Numbered from the stretch's first letter, positions 1 to 10,403 are shown. The stretch: 56,420 nt of DNA from Micavibrio sp. (GCA_002708415.1 PANS01000027.1:1-56420); one strand, 5' to 3'. Program-made: numbers and translations. Notes: a model not told the origin generated them from the letters alone.

Positions 1-1634
1 AAGCACCTCTTAGTTCATATGACGCTGCTATGACATTTTATAACAACAGCACCATTACCATTCGCTTTGGCGAGTATAATGCAATGCATAACGATCAAAC
101 AGGAAATGTTTACCCCTATTGTGGCGAACTTGTCCTTAGTACAACAAGCCTAAACGATGATGGTTCTAGATATATTAACTCCCAATATTTTGATTTAGTA
201 GAAGAAATGTGGCGCATGAATTATTATGGGCTCTATATCAATGCTAGAAATTACGTATGGCGCGCTCTAAATGATAGTGTTGTAGCGCCACCGCCACCGC
301 CAAGTTTTAGGGAAGATATCATCAATGAGATGACAACTACAGTCGAAACAGCGATTGCAGATGGAGTTGCCATTCAAAAATCACAATATACAACAAACCC
401 TCTTTATGCAGAGCAAGGTTGGGCAGGTGCTGGTATTTGGTATAACCAAATAGCACAAGTGAATGGGTCTTTAATTGCGGCAGCAGCCAATGTTCCATAT
501 GCTCGAACATTTCCAGCAGTCATGGAATATTATCGGTATAGAAATCTTCAAGCTGGCGAAAATACGACAGATGATATGTTCAGTAGCGAAAGTAGAAACG
601 GAATGGGGATTCCCGCCGAAGTCTATATGGATGTAAAAATTGGTGAAGCGCTCGTCGCCATTAATGATTATTGGGGAGATAGTGAAGAACGTAGCACAGG
701 TAATATTTTTATTGATGTCGTCAATATTATTTTTGGTACAAAAGGCCTATTTGATATGTGTGCCAACGCCGATGTCCATCCAATGGCGCAAATCTCGGCT
801 CTTGGTAAAGGGCTTATTGAAAGTGCCATTCGCAATATTGGTTTTGCCGCTCTTGGTGGTGCCGGCGGATTTTTAATACCTTATGTAGGCCCTGCATTAA
901 GCGCCGCATCAAGTTTTCTTTTCAGCGTTGCCAGCATTGGCATTCTTCTTGGCTTTATTCTATTTTATCTCGTGCCATTTTTACCCTTTCTTTATTTTTT
1001 CTTTGCCGTTGGGGGATGGATTAAGGGATTATTTGAGGCAATGGTCGGGCTACCTTTATGGGCGCTAGCTCACTTACGCATCGATGGTGAAGGCCTCCCT
1101 GGAGACGCCGCAATCAACGGCTACTTCCTCATTTTAGAGATTTTCATTCGTCCTATTCTCATTGTATTTGGCCTTCTCGCGGCAGTATCCATTTTTGCCG
1201 CAATGATTAAAGTCTTAAATGAAATATTCTCTCTTGCCACATCAAACCTTGCTGGATTTGAAGGTGGCACTGCATCTGGATGTGGCGGATCTGGTACAGG
1301 TGGAACAGCTCCTGTTGGTAGCGCTGAATGGGTACGCGGTCCAATCGATGAATTTTTCTTTACAGTTATGTATGCCATCCTCGTTTATATGATTGGAATG
1401 TCGACATTTAAGCTTATTGATATGATACCAAACAATATTCTCCGCTGGATGGGAACTGGTGTAAATACCTATAATGATCAGTCTGGTGAAACAGCAGAGG
1501 GTCTCATGCAGAAAGTATCCGTTGGTGGAAGCATGATTAGTGGTCAAGTTCAAGGAGCATTGAGTCAACTTGGAGGTGTTGCTGGTGGTGTAAGACAAGG
1601 TATAGCAGCACAAAACCGAACACCACAGGAATAA
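1..1634 (+). CDS. DotA/TraY-like type IVB secretion polytopic membrane protein, paralog 1 (5' end cut by window edge)
   Basis: The frame is open from nt 3 to the listed ATG at 30, so the gene very likely continues upstream. The 534-aa product aligns colinearly with the C-terminal two thirds of the next ORF. Shared blocks are GWAGAGIWYNQIAQVNG, GTKGLFDMCANADVHP, FLYFFFAVGGWIKGLFEAMV, WALAHLRIDGEGLPG, EIFIRPILIVFGL and FKLIDMIPNNILRW. The C-terminal core has multiple TM segments. The family call is from memory of DotA/TraY, not from a search. Confidence 0.55.
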   Translation, partial: APLSSYDAAMTFYNNSTITIRFGEYNAMHNDQTGNVYPYCGELVLSTTSLNDDGSRYINSQYFDLVEEMWRMNYYGLYINARNYVWRALNDSVVAPPPPPSFREDIINEMTTTVETAIADGVAIQKSQYTTNPLYAEQGWAGAGIWYNQIAQVNGSLIAAAANVPYARTFPAVMEYYRYRNLQAGENTTDDMFSSESRNGMGIPAEVYMDVKIGEALVAINDYWGDSEERSTGNIFIDVVNIIFGTKGLFDMCANADVHPMAQISALGKGLIESAIRNIGFAALGGAGGFLIPYVGPALSAASSFLFSVASIGILLGFILFYLVPFLPFLYFFFAVGGWIKGLFEAMVGLPLWALAHLRIDGEGLPGDAAINGYFLILEIFIRPILIVFGLLAAVSIFAAMIKVLNEIFSLATSNLAGFEGGTASGCGGSGTGGTAPVGSAEWVRGPIDEFFFTVMYAILVYMIGMSTFKLIDMIPNNILRWMGTGVNTYNDQSGETAEGLMQKVSVGGSMISGQVQGALSQLGGVAGGVRQGIAAQNRTPQE

Positions 1635-1650
1635 AGGGTATGATTAAATA

Positions 1651-4311
1651 ATGACAAAAGCAGGCGTCTTAAAATACACGCTCCTTCCTGAGGTTTTTCC
1701 GCGCTTTAAAAATTTGCTCGGCAATGGTTTCTTTGGTCATTTAAGTTTTCTCATCGCCTATATTTTTAACACTGTTCGCATTTTACCAAATAATCACCCC
1801 GCACTTTCTAAAGATAAAAACAACCGCTATTCAATCAAACAAGTGCTGGCGGCTGCCGCAAATAACATTGTTTTTTCTAGAAAAAATATTGATCAAATCA
1901 TTATATTTTTCTCTGTTATTACTGGTCTCATTCTTTTTGTTCTGCAATTCATTACGTTAATAGCAAGCGTTCTAATTAAGTCAGCAAGTGCGCAAGCTAC
2001 CCTGCCAACAACATATAGTGAATTTTTTATTACCGCCAATCCAAACGAAGATGTCGCTTTTCGTTTGCTGGATTTAGTATTTGGTGTCCCAAATTTCTTT
2101 AATTCAAAAGAAATGGCTAATATTGGGTCTTATCATGACGCACTGCGCGCAATGCTAGAATTCTATAGCATCGGCATCTTAATCGTCAGTGTTATCATCA
2201 TCATATATTTTGTAATCGCTATTGTTGCTGAAACGGCGCAATCGGGAATACCTTTTGGTAAACGCTTTACGCATGCTTGGGTTGCTATTCGTTTAATGCT
2301 TTTCTTTGCTCTTATTATTCCAATTACATCAGGAATAAATGGCGGACAATTCCTTGTCTTGGCGGCGGCAAAATTTGGCTCGGGCGTTGCAACAAATGGC
2401 TGGATTTATTTTAATGATGTATTAGCGGATAGAACCTCAACGCTAGCTGGAGAAAGAAATTCACTAGTAGCAACCCCCGAAGCTGATATCAATAAAATAG
2501 CTGAAATACCCGCCTTCATGCTTATTGTAAGAACGTGTGATTGGGCCTATGGACGAACAGGAAGAGAGATAAAACCTTATATTCTTTGGGGAGAAGGTGA
2601 TACCGAAAATGAAGAGCTAACAAGTCTTTCTGGAGGAACAACCTTTCAAACTTATGCTGGGCAAGCAGGCGGACAAGATTTAACTCTTGTTTTTGGAATA
2701 AAAGATACAACAGCTTATCCAAATGCCATTGGCGGCATACAACCAATTTGCGGATCGATGACATTGCCTGTCTCTGATATTTCAGAACCTGGATCGGCCA
2801 TCATTCAAACCGCCTTTTTTGATTTCATTAAAGAACTCTGGTTCTTACAAGCCACAGATATGAGCACAGGAGCGTTTGATGGCGTTGACATTTATGCAAG
2901 AAATTACACTTTTGTATATATGCCCATAGAACCCAGAGAGGTATATCAAGCTTTGCCTCAAGAATACACGGTAGAAGCCTGGATACAGGGGCTTAACACA
3001 AGATTTTCAGGCGATCCATCTACAACACCACCAACAATCGGTATTTTACAACAAGCCGTCGACGCACAAATTGCTGATGGTGATTTTGACTTAACACAAG
3101 AGGTTAAAGACCTTGGTTGGGCTGGTGCGGGCGTTTGGTATAATAAGATTGCACAACAAAATGGTGCGCTCGTTTCCTCCATCAAAACAATTCCTCGCGT
3201 CAAGCTATATCCAGAAGTTATGGAGGCCGTAAGGCGTTACAAAAGAGAAAACAATGACAACCCATCACCAGAAGATCAATTCACCCCCTCTTCTTCAAAT
3301 GATTATTCTAGCGCATTTGAAGCAGAACCTTTTGATCGATCTATTGCCATTACACTCAATGCCCCATATCGTTTTTGGATTGATAACCCCCCTGAAAGAG
3401 AAACTTCTGGAAACCTTATTCTCGATACAATTAACATTGTTTTAGGAACTAAGGGTCTGTTTGATATGTGTAGAAATGCAGATATTCACCCTCTTGCACA
3501 ACTCTCCTCTGTGGGACGCGCTATGATTGAGAGCTCTATAGCAGCTGCTGGACTGACCGTTCTAACAACTCTCTTTGGTGTAACAAATAGCACCGTCAGT
3601 GCGACAACATTTGCTTTATCACAATTCTTCGGCGCTATTACAGGCGTTGGTCTTCTTATTGGCTTTATTTTATTTTATGTTATCCCGTTTATGCCATTTC
3701 TTTATTTCTTCTTTGCCGTTGGTGGATGGGTCAAAGGAATTTTCGAAGCAATGGTTGCCGTTCCGATTTGGGCGCTCGCTCATTTACGCATTGATGGAGA
3801 CAGTATTCCTGGAGAAGCTGGGTTACAAGGATACTTTCTACTTTTTGAAATTTTCATTCGCCCTATTCTTATTATTTTTGGTCTTATAGCCGCAATAACA
3901 ATTTTTGCTGCCATGGTTCGTGTTTTAAATAACACATTTTATCTAGCTGTCGGTAACTTGAGCGGATTTGATGCCAGTACTTCTTCTTTTTGTGGGCGAG
4001 GAACAGCAACGCCCGCACCAACAGGAAGCGGCGCTTGGGCACGTGGCCCGGTTGATGAATTTTTCTTTACAGTCATGTACGCTATTCTTGTTTATATGAT
4101 TGGAATGGCAAACTTTAAGCTCATCGACATGATACCAAATAATATTTTACGCTGGATTAGCGCAGAAATATCATCCTTCAATGATAGTAATGAAGATGCA
4201 GCATCAGGCCTGCTAACCTACATTTCAATGGGAGGAAGCCAATTTGGTAGCCAAATTAGTAGTGGTGCAGGAAATATAGGCGCAGCATTACAGGCAAGGC
4301 CTAGTCAATAA
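1651..4311 (+). CDS. DotA/TraY-like type IVB secretion polytopic membrane protein, paralog 2 (full length, 886 aa)
   Basis: It has N-terminal TM segments, a roughly 450-aa soluble (periplasmic-type) region, then a polytopic core. It carries the same conserved blocks as paralog 1: GWAGAGVWYNKIAQQNG, GTKGLFDMCRNADIHP, FLYFFFAVGGWVKGIFEAMV, WALAHLRIDGDSIPG and EIFIRPILIIFGL. It starts 17 nt after the stop of paralog 1. Confidence 0.55.
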   Translation: MTKAGVLKYTLLPEVFPRFKNLLGNGFFGHLSFLIAYIFNTVRILPNNHPALSKDKNNRYSIKQVLAAAANNIVFSRKNIDQIIIFFSVITGLILFVLQFITLIASVLIKSASAQATLPTTYSEFFITANPNEDVAFRLLDLVFGVPNFFNSKEMANIGSYHDALRAMLEFYSIGILIVSVIIIIYFVIAIVAETAQSGIPFGKRFTHAWVAIRLMLFFALIIPITSGINGGQFLVLAAAKFGSGVATNGWIYFNDVLADRTSTLAGERNSLVATPEADINKIAEIPAFMLIVRTCDWAYGRTGREIKPYILWGEGDTENEELTSLSGGTTFQTYAGQAGGQDLTLVFGIKDTTAYPNAIGGIQPICGSMTLPVSDISEPGSAIIQTAFFDFIKELWFLQATDMSTGAFDGVDIYARNYTFVYMPIEPREVYQALPQEYTVEAWIQGLNTRFSGDPSTTPPTIGILQQAVDAQIADGDFDLTQEVKDLGWAGAGVWYNKIAQQNGALVSSIKTIPRVKLYPEVMEAVRRYKRENNDNPSPEDQFTPSSSNDYSSAFEAEPFDRSIAITLNAPYRFWIDNPPERETSGNLILDTINIVLGTKGLFDMCRNADIHPLAQLSSVGRAMIESSIAAAGLTVLTTLFGVTNSTVSATTFALSQFFGAITGVGLLIGFILFYVIPFMPFLYFFFAVGGWVKGIFEAMVAVPIWALAHLRIDGDSIPGEAGLQGYFLLFEIFIRPILIIFGLIAAITIFAAMVRVLNNTFYLAVGNLSGFDASTSSFCGRGTATPAPTGSGAWARGPVDEFFFTVMYAILVYMIGMANFKLIDMIPNNILRWISAEISSFNDSNEDAASGLLTYISMGGSQFGSQISSGAGNIGAALQARPSQ

Positions 4312-4321
4312 ATATGCACAA

Positions 4322-5014
4322 TTAACGATTGCGTAAATGATCCAATAACGGCTCAATGCTTCCGCCGCCGCCGCGCTGAATAACACTAGAAAAATCAGAG
4401 CGCTGGGTTAATGACATACTAACGCCTTCAATCACCACATCTATGATTTGCTGTTTGCCATTCTTATCTCTAACGCGCCAATCCACATCAACCTCTGGAC
4501 CTGAATCGGGCAAAATAACAGTGTTCACAAGCTTATCATTTTTACCAATATCACGAGATGAACGTACTTCAAAACGCTGACCTTTATATTCATCAAAACG
4601 TTTTGAATAAACATCAACAACCATTTTTTCAAAGAGTTTTAAATATTCGCTTTTTTGTGAATCGCTTGCTAAAGACCAATTCTTACCAAGAGCAAAACGG
4701 CCGATTGTTTTCATGTCATAGTTTTTCTTCAACAAAGATTGAAACCGGTTTCTTTTCTGATCTTGTGATAAAGAGGAATCACTTAAGAAAGAAATAGCCT
4801 TCTTCCCCATAATATCAATAAACTCTTCACTTTTAGAAAGTTCTTTTGCCTTTGTATCAGCAGAAACCATATGCAAAGAATTTATATATGGCGTGGCAAC
4901 AAAAGACTCCAAGGAGTATCTACTCATATGAAAGTCAAGCGCTGAAGCCGAAGAGCTTCCAAGACCACACAAAGCAATGATACATGCTGTAAAAAGATAT
5001 TTTTTGTTAAACAT
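4322..5014 (-). CDS. mlaC: MlaC/Ttg2D-family phospholipid-binding periplasmic protein
   Basis: It has a signal peptide (ALCGLGSSSASA). The block KKNYDMKTIGRFALGKNW...YLKLFEKMVVDVYSKRF is typical of toluene-tolerance/MlaC proteins. It lies next to mlaA. Confidence 0.8.
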   Translation of the reverse strand: MFNKKYLFTACIIALCGLGSSSASALDFHMSRYSLESFVATPYINSLHMVSADTKAKELSKSEEFIDIMGKKAISFLSDSSLSQDQKRNRFQSLLKKNYDMKTIGRFALGKNWSLASDSQKSEYLKLFEKMVVDVYSKRFDEYKGQRFEVRSSRDIGKNDKLVNTVILPDSGPEVDVDWRVRDKNGKQQIIDVVIEGVSMSLTQRSDFSSVIQRGGGGSIEPLLDHLRNR

Positions 5015-5087
5015 AAGGGTCTCCCAATAATTACGAAAATATTATTGGCATAAGATGCTCATGATATAAAGTTTTTTTTACGATTGT

Positions 5088-5852
5088 CTAAAAATCATCA
5101 TATTCTGGAATATCTGGACCAGCAGCCGAACCAGAAGTTTTCTCATCACGGATAAGAGACTGCCTATTCTGATAATAGGCACTTCTAATCGCTGCATAAT
5201 AATCAAATGAATTTTTACGAAGATCCTCAATAACATCGAGTAAGCGCTCACGTTCACTTAACACTGTCGCGCTAACGCGCGCATAATCTAACCCTTCATC
5301 TTCAACATTAAAAAGATATAAGCGCAAAGGATCGGCGTAACTATCAACAACTATTCCTGCGGCATCACGTGCGCTTGATGGGCCAAGAAGCGGTAGAACG
5401 ATATACATACCATCTCCAACACCCCATGTAGCTAGTGTTTGACCAAAATCCTCTGGTTCATGTGGAATTCCACCTTCATCAGCAAGATCTAAAATACCGC
5501 CAAAACCAGCCAACGTATTGATAACCATACGTGCTGTAGCATTGCCCGCACCTTTTAAGTCACCTTGCAACAGTTGATTTCCAATTGTCACTGGGCTTTT
5601 TAAGTTTGTAAGAAAATTACTAACGAGCGTTCTGAAAAATCCAGGTGTTACTGCGCGATAACCACGGGCAGTTGGCTCTAAAATTGCCTTATCTAAAGCC
5701 TCATTAACCTGAAGCGTTGCCCTATTAACACCTTCTATAGGATCTGGAATTTCTGAATATCCATCCGCGCCACTCATTTTTCCTGCACAAGCAGAAAGCG
5801 ATAAGCAAGCCACCATGCCAAGCGCTAAAGTTTTTGATCCCAATTTTTTCAT
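5088..5852 (-). CDS. mlaA: MlaA/VacJ outer-membrane lipoprotein
   Basis: A lipobox is present (LSLSAC). The block NRATLQVNEALDKAILEPTARGYRAVTP...NLKSPVTIGNQLLQGD...INTLAGFGGILD is the VacJ/MlaA signature. Confidence 0.85.
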   Translation of the reverse strand: MKKLGSKTLALGMVACLSLSACAGKMSGADGYSEIPDPIEGVNRATLQVNEALDKAILEPTARGYRAVTPGFFRTLVSNFLTNLKSPVTIGNQLLQGDLKGAGNATARMVINTLAGFGGILDLADEGGIPHEPEDFGQTLATWGVGDGMYIVLPLLGPSSARDAAGIVVDSYADPLRLYLFNVEDEGLDYARVSATVLSERERLLDVIEDLRKNSFDYYAAIRSAYYQNRQSLIRDEKTSGSAAGPDIPEYDDF

Positions 5853-6027
5853 ATTTATATCCGATTATTCTTTAATTTACAGCGTTTCTAAACGCTAACC
5901 CAATTTACAAGATTTATTTTATCTCTAAAAAGTTAACAATCCCTTCTCCGAATTCTGGAAAATGGATTGTTTTCAATAGTTTATACTTCTTAAACTGTAG
6001 CGGGATTGGGGGTAAAATCAACCCCCA

Positions 6028-7131
6028 TCAGCCATCTTCTAGTGTCATAATCACACCTAATCCAAGCAAAAATGTGATAATTGAAGGAAACCACGCAGAA
6101 ATAAAGACTGGGATTTGTCCCGATGCCCCTAGAGCCTGCAAGAAATTCGAGAGAAAAAAGACCCCAAAACCCATCGCAATACCAAAAACAATTAACAAAA
6201 ATGTCCCCTGCGCTCTAGGTGGCCGAAGAGAAACTGAAGCTGCTAAAAAGATCATTGCCAAGAACAAAAGTGGTGTAGATAAGAGTTTTTGAAAATGAAC
6301 CTTTAATGGCGTTGAATCAAATCCAGCTTGTTCAAGTGTTTTTGAAAATGAAAGTAACGACCAAAAAGAAATTGTCACTGGATCTGAAAAACTTTCTTCA
6401 ATTTCATCAACTGTCAAATCTGTTGCCATAGAAATATAATCTGTGCGCTCTGGTACTTCGTCCAACTTATTCGTATATGCGTCTTTAAACTGCCACTCCC
6501 CCTTATTCAATTTGGCTGTTTTGGAATCTACACGCCTTAAGAAATTAAAATTTTTATCAAAGAAAAAAACGATAACATCTTGAAGTTGCCACTCTGGCAT
6601 TTTAATTTTTCCAGCATGTAACACAGCCATACCGTTTTCATTTTCCTGACGTAACCACAATCCTTGCTTAGATAATGTCACTAAACTCGTTTGTTTATTA
6701 AGATACTGCCCCTCAAGCTCTTCATATCGTTTAATAAGATGCGCGCTTAAAGGATTGATCATCGTAATTTGAATAAGGCCGATCAAAAAACCCGATAAAA
6801 TTAGTGGTGCCATAAATTGCCAAACAGATAGGCCTGATGCCCGCATAACAACGAGTTCAGACCTTTTTGAAAGCTGCCAAAACGTAAACATTGCGCTAAA
6901 TAAAACAACAAAAGGAAAAATTTGTTGCCCTGTCTCGGGAAGCTTAAACATTCCCATTTGCAATACAGAAAATAAAGGGAACGCCTCAACCTTAGAAGCA
7001 CGCCGAAGCAATTCCACAACATCAAATAAATACACAATACCAAGTAAGCAAAACAGTAAAGCTACAAAATTCATAAGGTAAAGACGCATCAAATAAAAAT
7101 TTAACGTCATTGTCATCAGTCTTTTAATCAT
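6028..7131 (-). CDS. lptG: LPS export ABC permease LptG
   Basis: It shows YjgP/YjgQ-type permease architecture: 3 TM, a periplasmic beta-jellyroll, then 3 TM. Its start overlaps the lptF stop by 4 nt. Confidence 0.85.
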   Translation of the reverse strand: MIKRLMTMTLNFYLMRLYLMNFVALLFCLLGIVYLFDVVELLRRASKVEAFPLFSVLQMGMFKLPETGQQIFPFVVLFSAMFTFWQLSKRSELVVMRASGLSVWQFMAPLILSGFLIGLIQITMINPLSAHLIKRYEELEGQYLNKQTSLVTLSKQGLWLRQENENGMAVLHAGKIKMPEWQLQDVIVFFFDKNFNFLRRVDSKTAKLNKGEWQFKDAYTNKLDEVPERTDYISMATDLTVDEIEESFSDPVTISFWSLLSFSKTLEQAGFDSTPLKVHFQKLLSTPLLFLAMIFLAASVSLRPPRAQGTFLLIVFGIAMGFGVFFLSNFLQALGASGQIPVFISAWFPSIITFLLGLGVIMTLEDG

Positions 7132-8300
7132 GATGCCTCCTTTAAATTCTTATTATTTTTCGGTTTATATAACCACTTGTGGCGTGATTTTTCTAACAAA
7201 GAGCTTAATAAAAACAATCCTAAAATAATCGGCAAAAACACAAGGGCATACATAAAAATCAACCCAAAAATAGATTGTACAGATTGATTAACACCCGCAA
7301 GAAATAAAGATTGCAATAAGACAACGCTCATTGCTGCCATAACAACGCGTTTTCTCTGCCCGCGCCTACTAATAGGCCCTAGTAACAAGAACACGAGAAC
7401 GATGATCGTAAAGGAAACAGATAAAAACGGCGCCACAATTCTTCTGTGCGCTTCTACCCAAAACACATATTTATTACTCATATCTCTTTTTAATGTTTCA
7501 TCAGGGTTCAGCAATTCCCAGAATGTACGTTCATCGGGTTCTTTCCAGCGCAAACGAACATCATCTTTTCCCTCAGGTAGATCAATTGAGTATCGGTCAA
7601 AATCGAGCCTATTCACGGTGCCTGTCTTAATAGAAAAATCCTGTCGAGACCCCTCATAAACGAGAACTTGCTGCCCTTCATCAGAAACCAGAATAATACC
7701 TTTTTTGGCGAGAACCGTCACAGGAGCATCAAGCGTTTTTCGGCTATCGTGAATAATCAATCCTTCCAACTCTCCAGCGCTATTTTTATTATGCACGTAA
7801 ACTGTCAACTCTTCGCCAATTTGATTGAAAATACCTTCACGAAATAAAAGCGTCGAATACTGCGCCTTAATCACCTGACGCATTTGTTGCATGTTGGATA
7901 ATGAAGTCGGCGCAAGCCATGTTGTAATAAATAACAGTAAAATCGAAACCATCAAAGATAATGATAAAGCTGGTTTTGCAAGTGCCATCGGTGAAAAGCC
8001 AGATGCGCGCATCACCACAATTTCACTATCTGAGATAAGTTTATTATAAACAAACAGGCACGAAATCATCATAGAGATAGGCAAAATCACTTCAAAGAAG
8101 CGTGGCAAAGCCATAAGTGTTAAAAGCCAAAAGGCCGAGCTCGATGCTCCAGACTCAATGATGAGTTCCAAAAACCTTAGAGATTGCGTTAATAAAATAA
8201 TTGCCGCCAAAACAATTGACGTGACGAGTGTCGCCAACGCCAAGTTCTTAAAAACATAGCGGTCATATATATCTTTGCCAAAAAAGAGGGATGAAAACAT
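7128..8300 (-). CDS. lptF: LPS export ABC permease LptF
   Basis: It is a YjgP/YjgQ-family paralog directly upstream of lptG. It is divergent from pepA, as in many proteobacteria. Confidence 0.85.
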   Translation of the reverse strand: MFSSLFFGKDIYDRYVFKNLALATLVTSIVLAAIILLTQSLRFLELIIESGASSSAFWLLTLMALPRFFEVILPISMMISCLFVYNKLISDSEIVVMRASGFSPMALAKPALSLSLMVSILLLFITTWLAPTSLSNMQQMRQVIKAQYSTLLFREGIFNQIGEELTVYVHNKNSAGELEGLIIHDSRKTLDAPVTVLAKKGIILVSDEGQQVLVYEGSRQDFSIKTGTVNRLDFDRYSIDLPEGKDDVRLRWKEPDERTFWELLNPDETLKRDMSNKYVFWVEAHRRIVAPFLSVSFTIIVLVFLLLGPISRRGQRKRVVMAAMSVVLLQSLFLAGVNQSVQSIFGLIFMYALVFLPIILGLFLLSSLLEKSRHKWLYKPKNNKNLKEAS

Positions 8301-8420
8301 GGGATACGGGTTTTTACTCTGGCTGTTTTAAAAAATCATATTATGATGATTATCTAGCACGATACTATCGCTAGAGCAAAGAATCACCACCCGATATCAA
8401 TTTATTCAAAAGAGACTTTT

Positions 8421-9932
8421 ATGACCCTCAATATTATTTTTTCAAAATCGCCTAAAAACATCAAAGACACCCTAATTCTTCCTGTTTATGAAGGTAAAAA
8501 AACCATTGGCACTGCTGATTTTCTCAATAATAACTTAAAAAAAACAGTCAATGCGACACTCAAGAAACAAAAATCATTTACAGGTAAAAAAGACGAAATC
8601 TATGTTATTCCAACACCGACGGAAAGTGACATAGATCAAATAATCTTAGCTGGCCTTGGCGACAAGAAAGAGTTTAAAGCCCTAAACGTGGAAACGCTAG
8701 GCGGCAAGCTATGGCCAATCCTAAAACAACACAAATGTGATAAAGTGTACGCCTTCACATCACATCTTGGTTTAGCGAAAAAGAATGATGAAGCAGAGCT
8801 CGCCGCTCACCTTTCTATGGGGTTAAAACTACGCTCATATAACTTTGATACGTACAAGACTGACAGCAAAAAGAACAAGCTCCCTAAAATTACTTTTGGC
8901 ACAACTGCACAAAACCTTGCAAGCGCCCTTTACAAGGAACTTAGCGCCGCTGCTGATGGTGTATTCATCGCGCGTGATTTGATGAATGAACCACCAAACA
9001 ATCTATATCCAGCGAGTTATGTTTCTATGGTTCGTAAAGACTTAAAGTCTCTCGGTATTGAAATAGAGGTTTTCGATGAAAAGAAAATGGAAAAACTCGG
9101 TTTTCATTCACATCTTGCTGTGGGTATGGGATCAGCAAGAAAGCCACGCGTCCTTATTATGCGCTGGAACGGTCTTCCTAAATCATCCAAAGCAGAACCC
9201 ATTGCTTTTATCGGCAAAGGCGTAACCTTTGATACAGGCGGTATTTCAATCAAACCTGGCCCAGGTATGGAGGACATGAAGATGGATATGGGTGGCTCTG
9301 CCGCCGTTGTTGGTCTCATGAAATCTCTTGCAGCAAGAAAAGCAAAAGCAAATGTTGTTGGTATTGTTGGTTTGGCCGAAAACATGCCATCAAGTAATGC
9401 GTACAGACCAGGAGATATTATTAAGTCGATGGACGGAAAAACCATTGAAGTCCTGAATACAGACGCCGAAGGGCGTCTCGTCCTTATTGATGCCCTTACA
9501 TATATCCAAAAAACCATTAAACCAAAAATGATGATAGATCTAGCCACCCTTACAGGCGCAATGATGGTTGCTCTTGGTACAGAATATTGCGGCGCATTCG
9601 TGAACCAAGACAAACTTTGGGATCAACTCAATGAGGCAAGTAGTCAATCTGGTGAAAAATTATGGCGTATGCCTCTTGATAAAGCGTACAAAGATGAAAT
9701 GAAAAGCAAAATCGCGGACTTAAAAAACCTTGGTGGTCGCTTTGGTGGTGCCTGTTCTGCCGCAGGTTTCCTTCAGCACTTCATTAAAGACGATAAGGTC
9801 GCATGGGCGCATTTAGATATCGCAGGAAAAATGATCCATAAATCTGATTCGGCGACAGTTCCCGCAGGCGGTATTGGTTTTGGTGTACGCGTACTTGATC
9901 GTCTCGTGGCCAATAATTACGAGAAAAAATAA
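8421..9932 (+). CDS. pepA: Leucyl aminopeptidase (M17)
   Basis: The M17 signature NTDAEGRLVL is present, along with GKGVTFDTGGISIKP and the metal-ligand context. Confidence 0.92.
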   Translation: MTLNIIFSKSPKNIKDTLILPVYEGKKTIGTADFLNNNLKKTVNATLKKQKSFTGKKDEIYVIPTPTESDIDQIILAGLGDKKEFKALNVETLGGKLWPILKQHKCDKVYAFTSHLGLAKKNDEAELAAHLSMGLKLRSYNFDTYKTDSKKNKLPKITFGTTAQNLASALYKELSAAADGVFIARDLMNEPPNNLYPASYVSMVRKDLKSLGIEIEVFDEKKMEKLGFHSHLAVGMGSARKPRVLIMRWNGLPKSSKAEPIAFIGKGVTFDTGGISIKPGPGMEDMKMDMGGSAAVVGLMKSLAARKAKANVVGIVGLAENMPSSNAYRPGDIIKSMDGKTIEVLNTDAEGRLVLIDALTYIQKTIKPKMMIDLATLTGAMMVALGTEYCGAFVNQDKLWDQLNEASSQSGEKLWRMPLDKAYKDEMKSKIADLKNLGGRFGGACSAAGFLQHFIKDDKVAWAHLDIAGKMIHKSDSATVPAGGIGFGVRVLDRLVANNYEKK

Positions 9933-9938
9933 ACGCTT

Positions 9939-10403
9939 ATGTCTAAAGCTAAATCCACTGAAATACGTTTTTACCACCTTCAAAAACAAACGCTTGATCA
10001 GGCTCTGCCCCTTATTCTAGAAAAGGCGTATACAACCAAAAAAAACGTGGTTGTACGCCTATCTGATGAAAAAGAAGTAACCCGTATGAATGGGCATCTC
10101 TGGTCTTATAAAACGGATAGCTTTATGCCGCATGGTTGTAAAAAAGAAGGCAACGCTGACAAACAACCTATTTGGCTTACAGACAAGGATGAGAACCCTA
10201 ATGGTGCGAAAATTATTATCCTCACGGGCGGGGCACAAAGCAAACATATAAATGATTACGACCTGTGTTGTGAAATTCTTGATGGACGCAGTAATGAACA
10301 AGTGACAGAGGCCAGAAAAAGGTGGAAAACCTATAAAGAACAGGATTTCAACATTACCTATTGGATGCAGTCAGATAGTGGCGGTTGGGAACAAAAAGCT
10401 TAA
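9939..10403 (+). CDS. holC: DNA polymerase III chi subunit
   Basis: It is 154 aa and starts 6 nt after the pepA stop in the conserved pepA-holC arrangement. The N-terminal FYHL...L..A...L..KA pattern fits chi. Confidence 0.75.
   Translation: MSKAKSTEIRFYHLQKQTLDQALPLILEKAYTTKKNVVVRLSDEKEVTRMNGHLWSYKTDSFMPHGCKKEGNADKQPIWLTDKDENPNGAKIIILTGGAQSKHINDYDLCCEILDGRSNEQVTEARKRWKTYKEQDFNITYWMQSDSGGWEQKA

Noticed and set aside
288-302. Short tandem CCACCG repeat (ccaccgccaccgcca)
   Set aside because: It simply encodes a Pro run (PPPPP) in the variable region of DotA-like paralog 1. It is not an independent repeat element.
6007-6027. Hairpin TGGGGG-n9-CCCCCA adjacent to the lptG stop
   Set aside because: No U-run follows on the minus strand, and it abuts the coding end. 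It could be a weak terminator, but the evidence is insufficient to call one.
9104-9613. Antisense or out-of-frame ORFs inside well-supported genes (for example 9104..9613, 28871..29215, 44137..44565, 45376..45861, 51930..52433, 40663..41037)
   Set aside because: Each lies wholly within a gene with strong motif support on the other strand or in another frame. They show Arg/Ser/Pro-rich shadow-frame composition.
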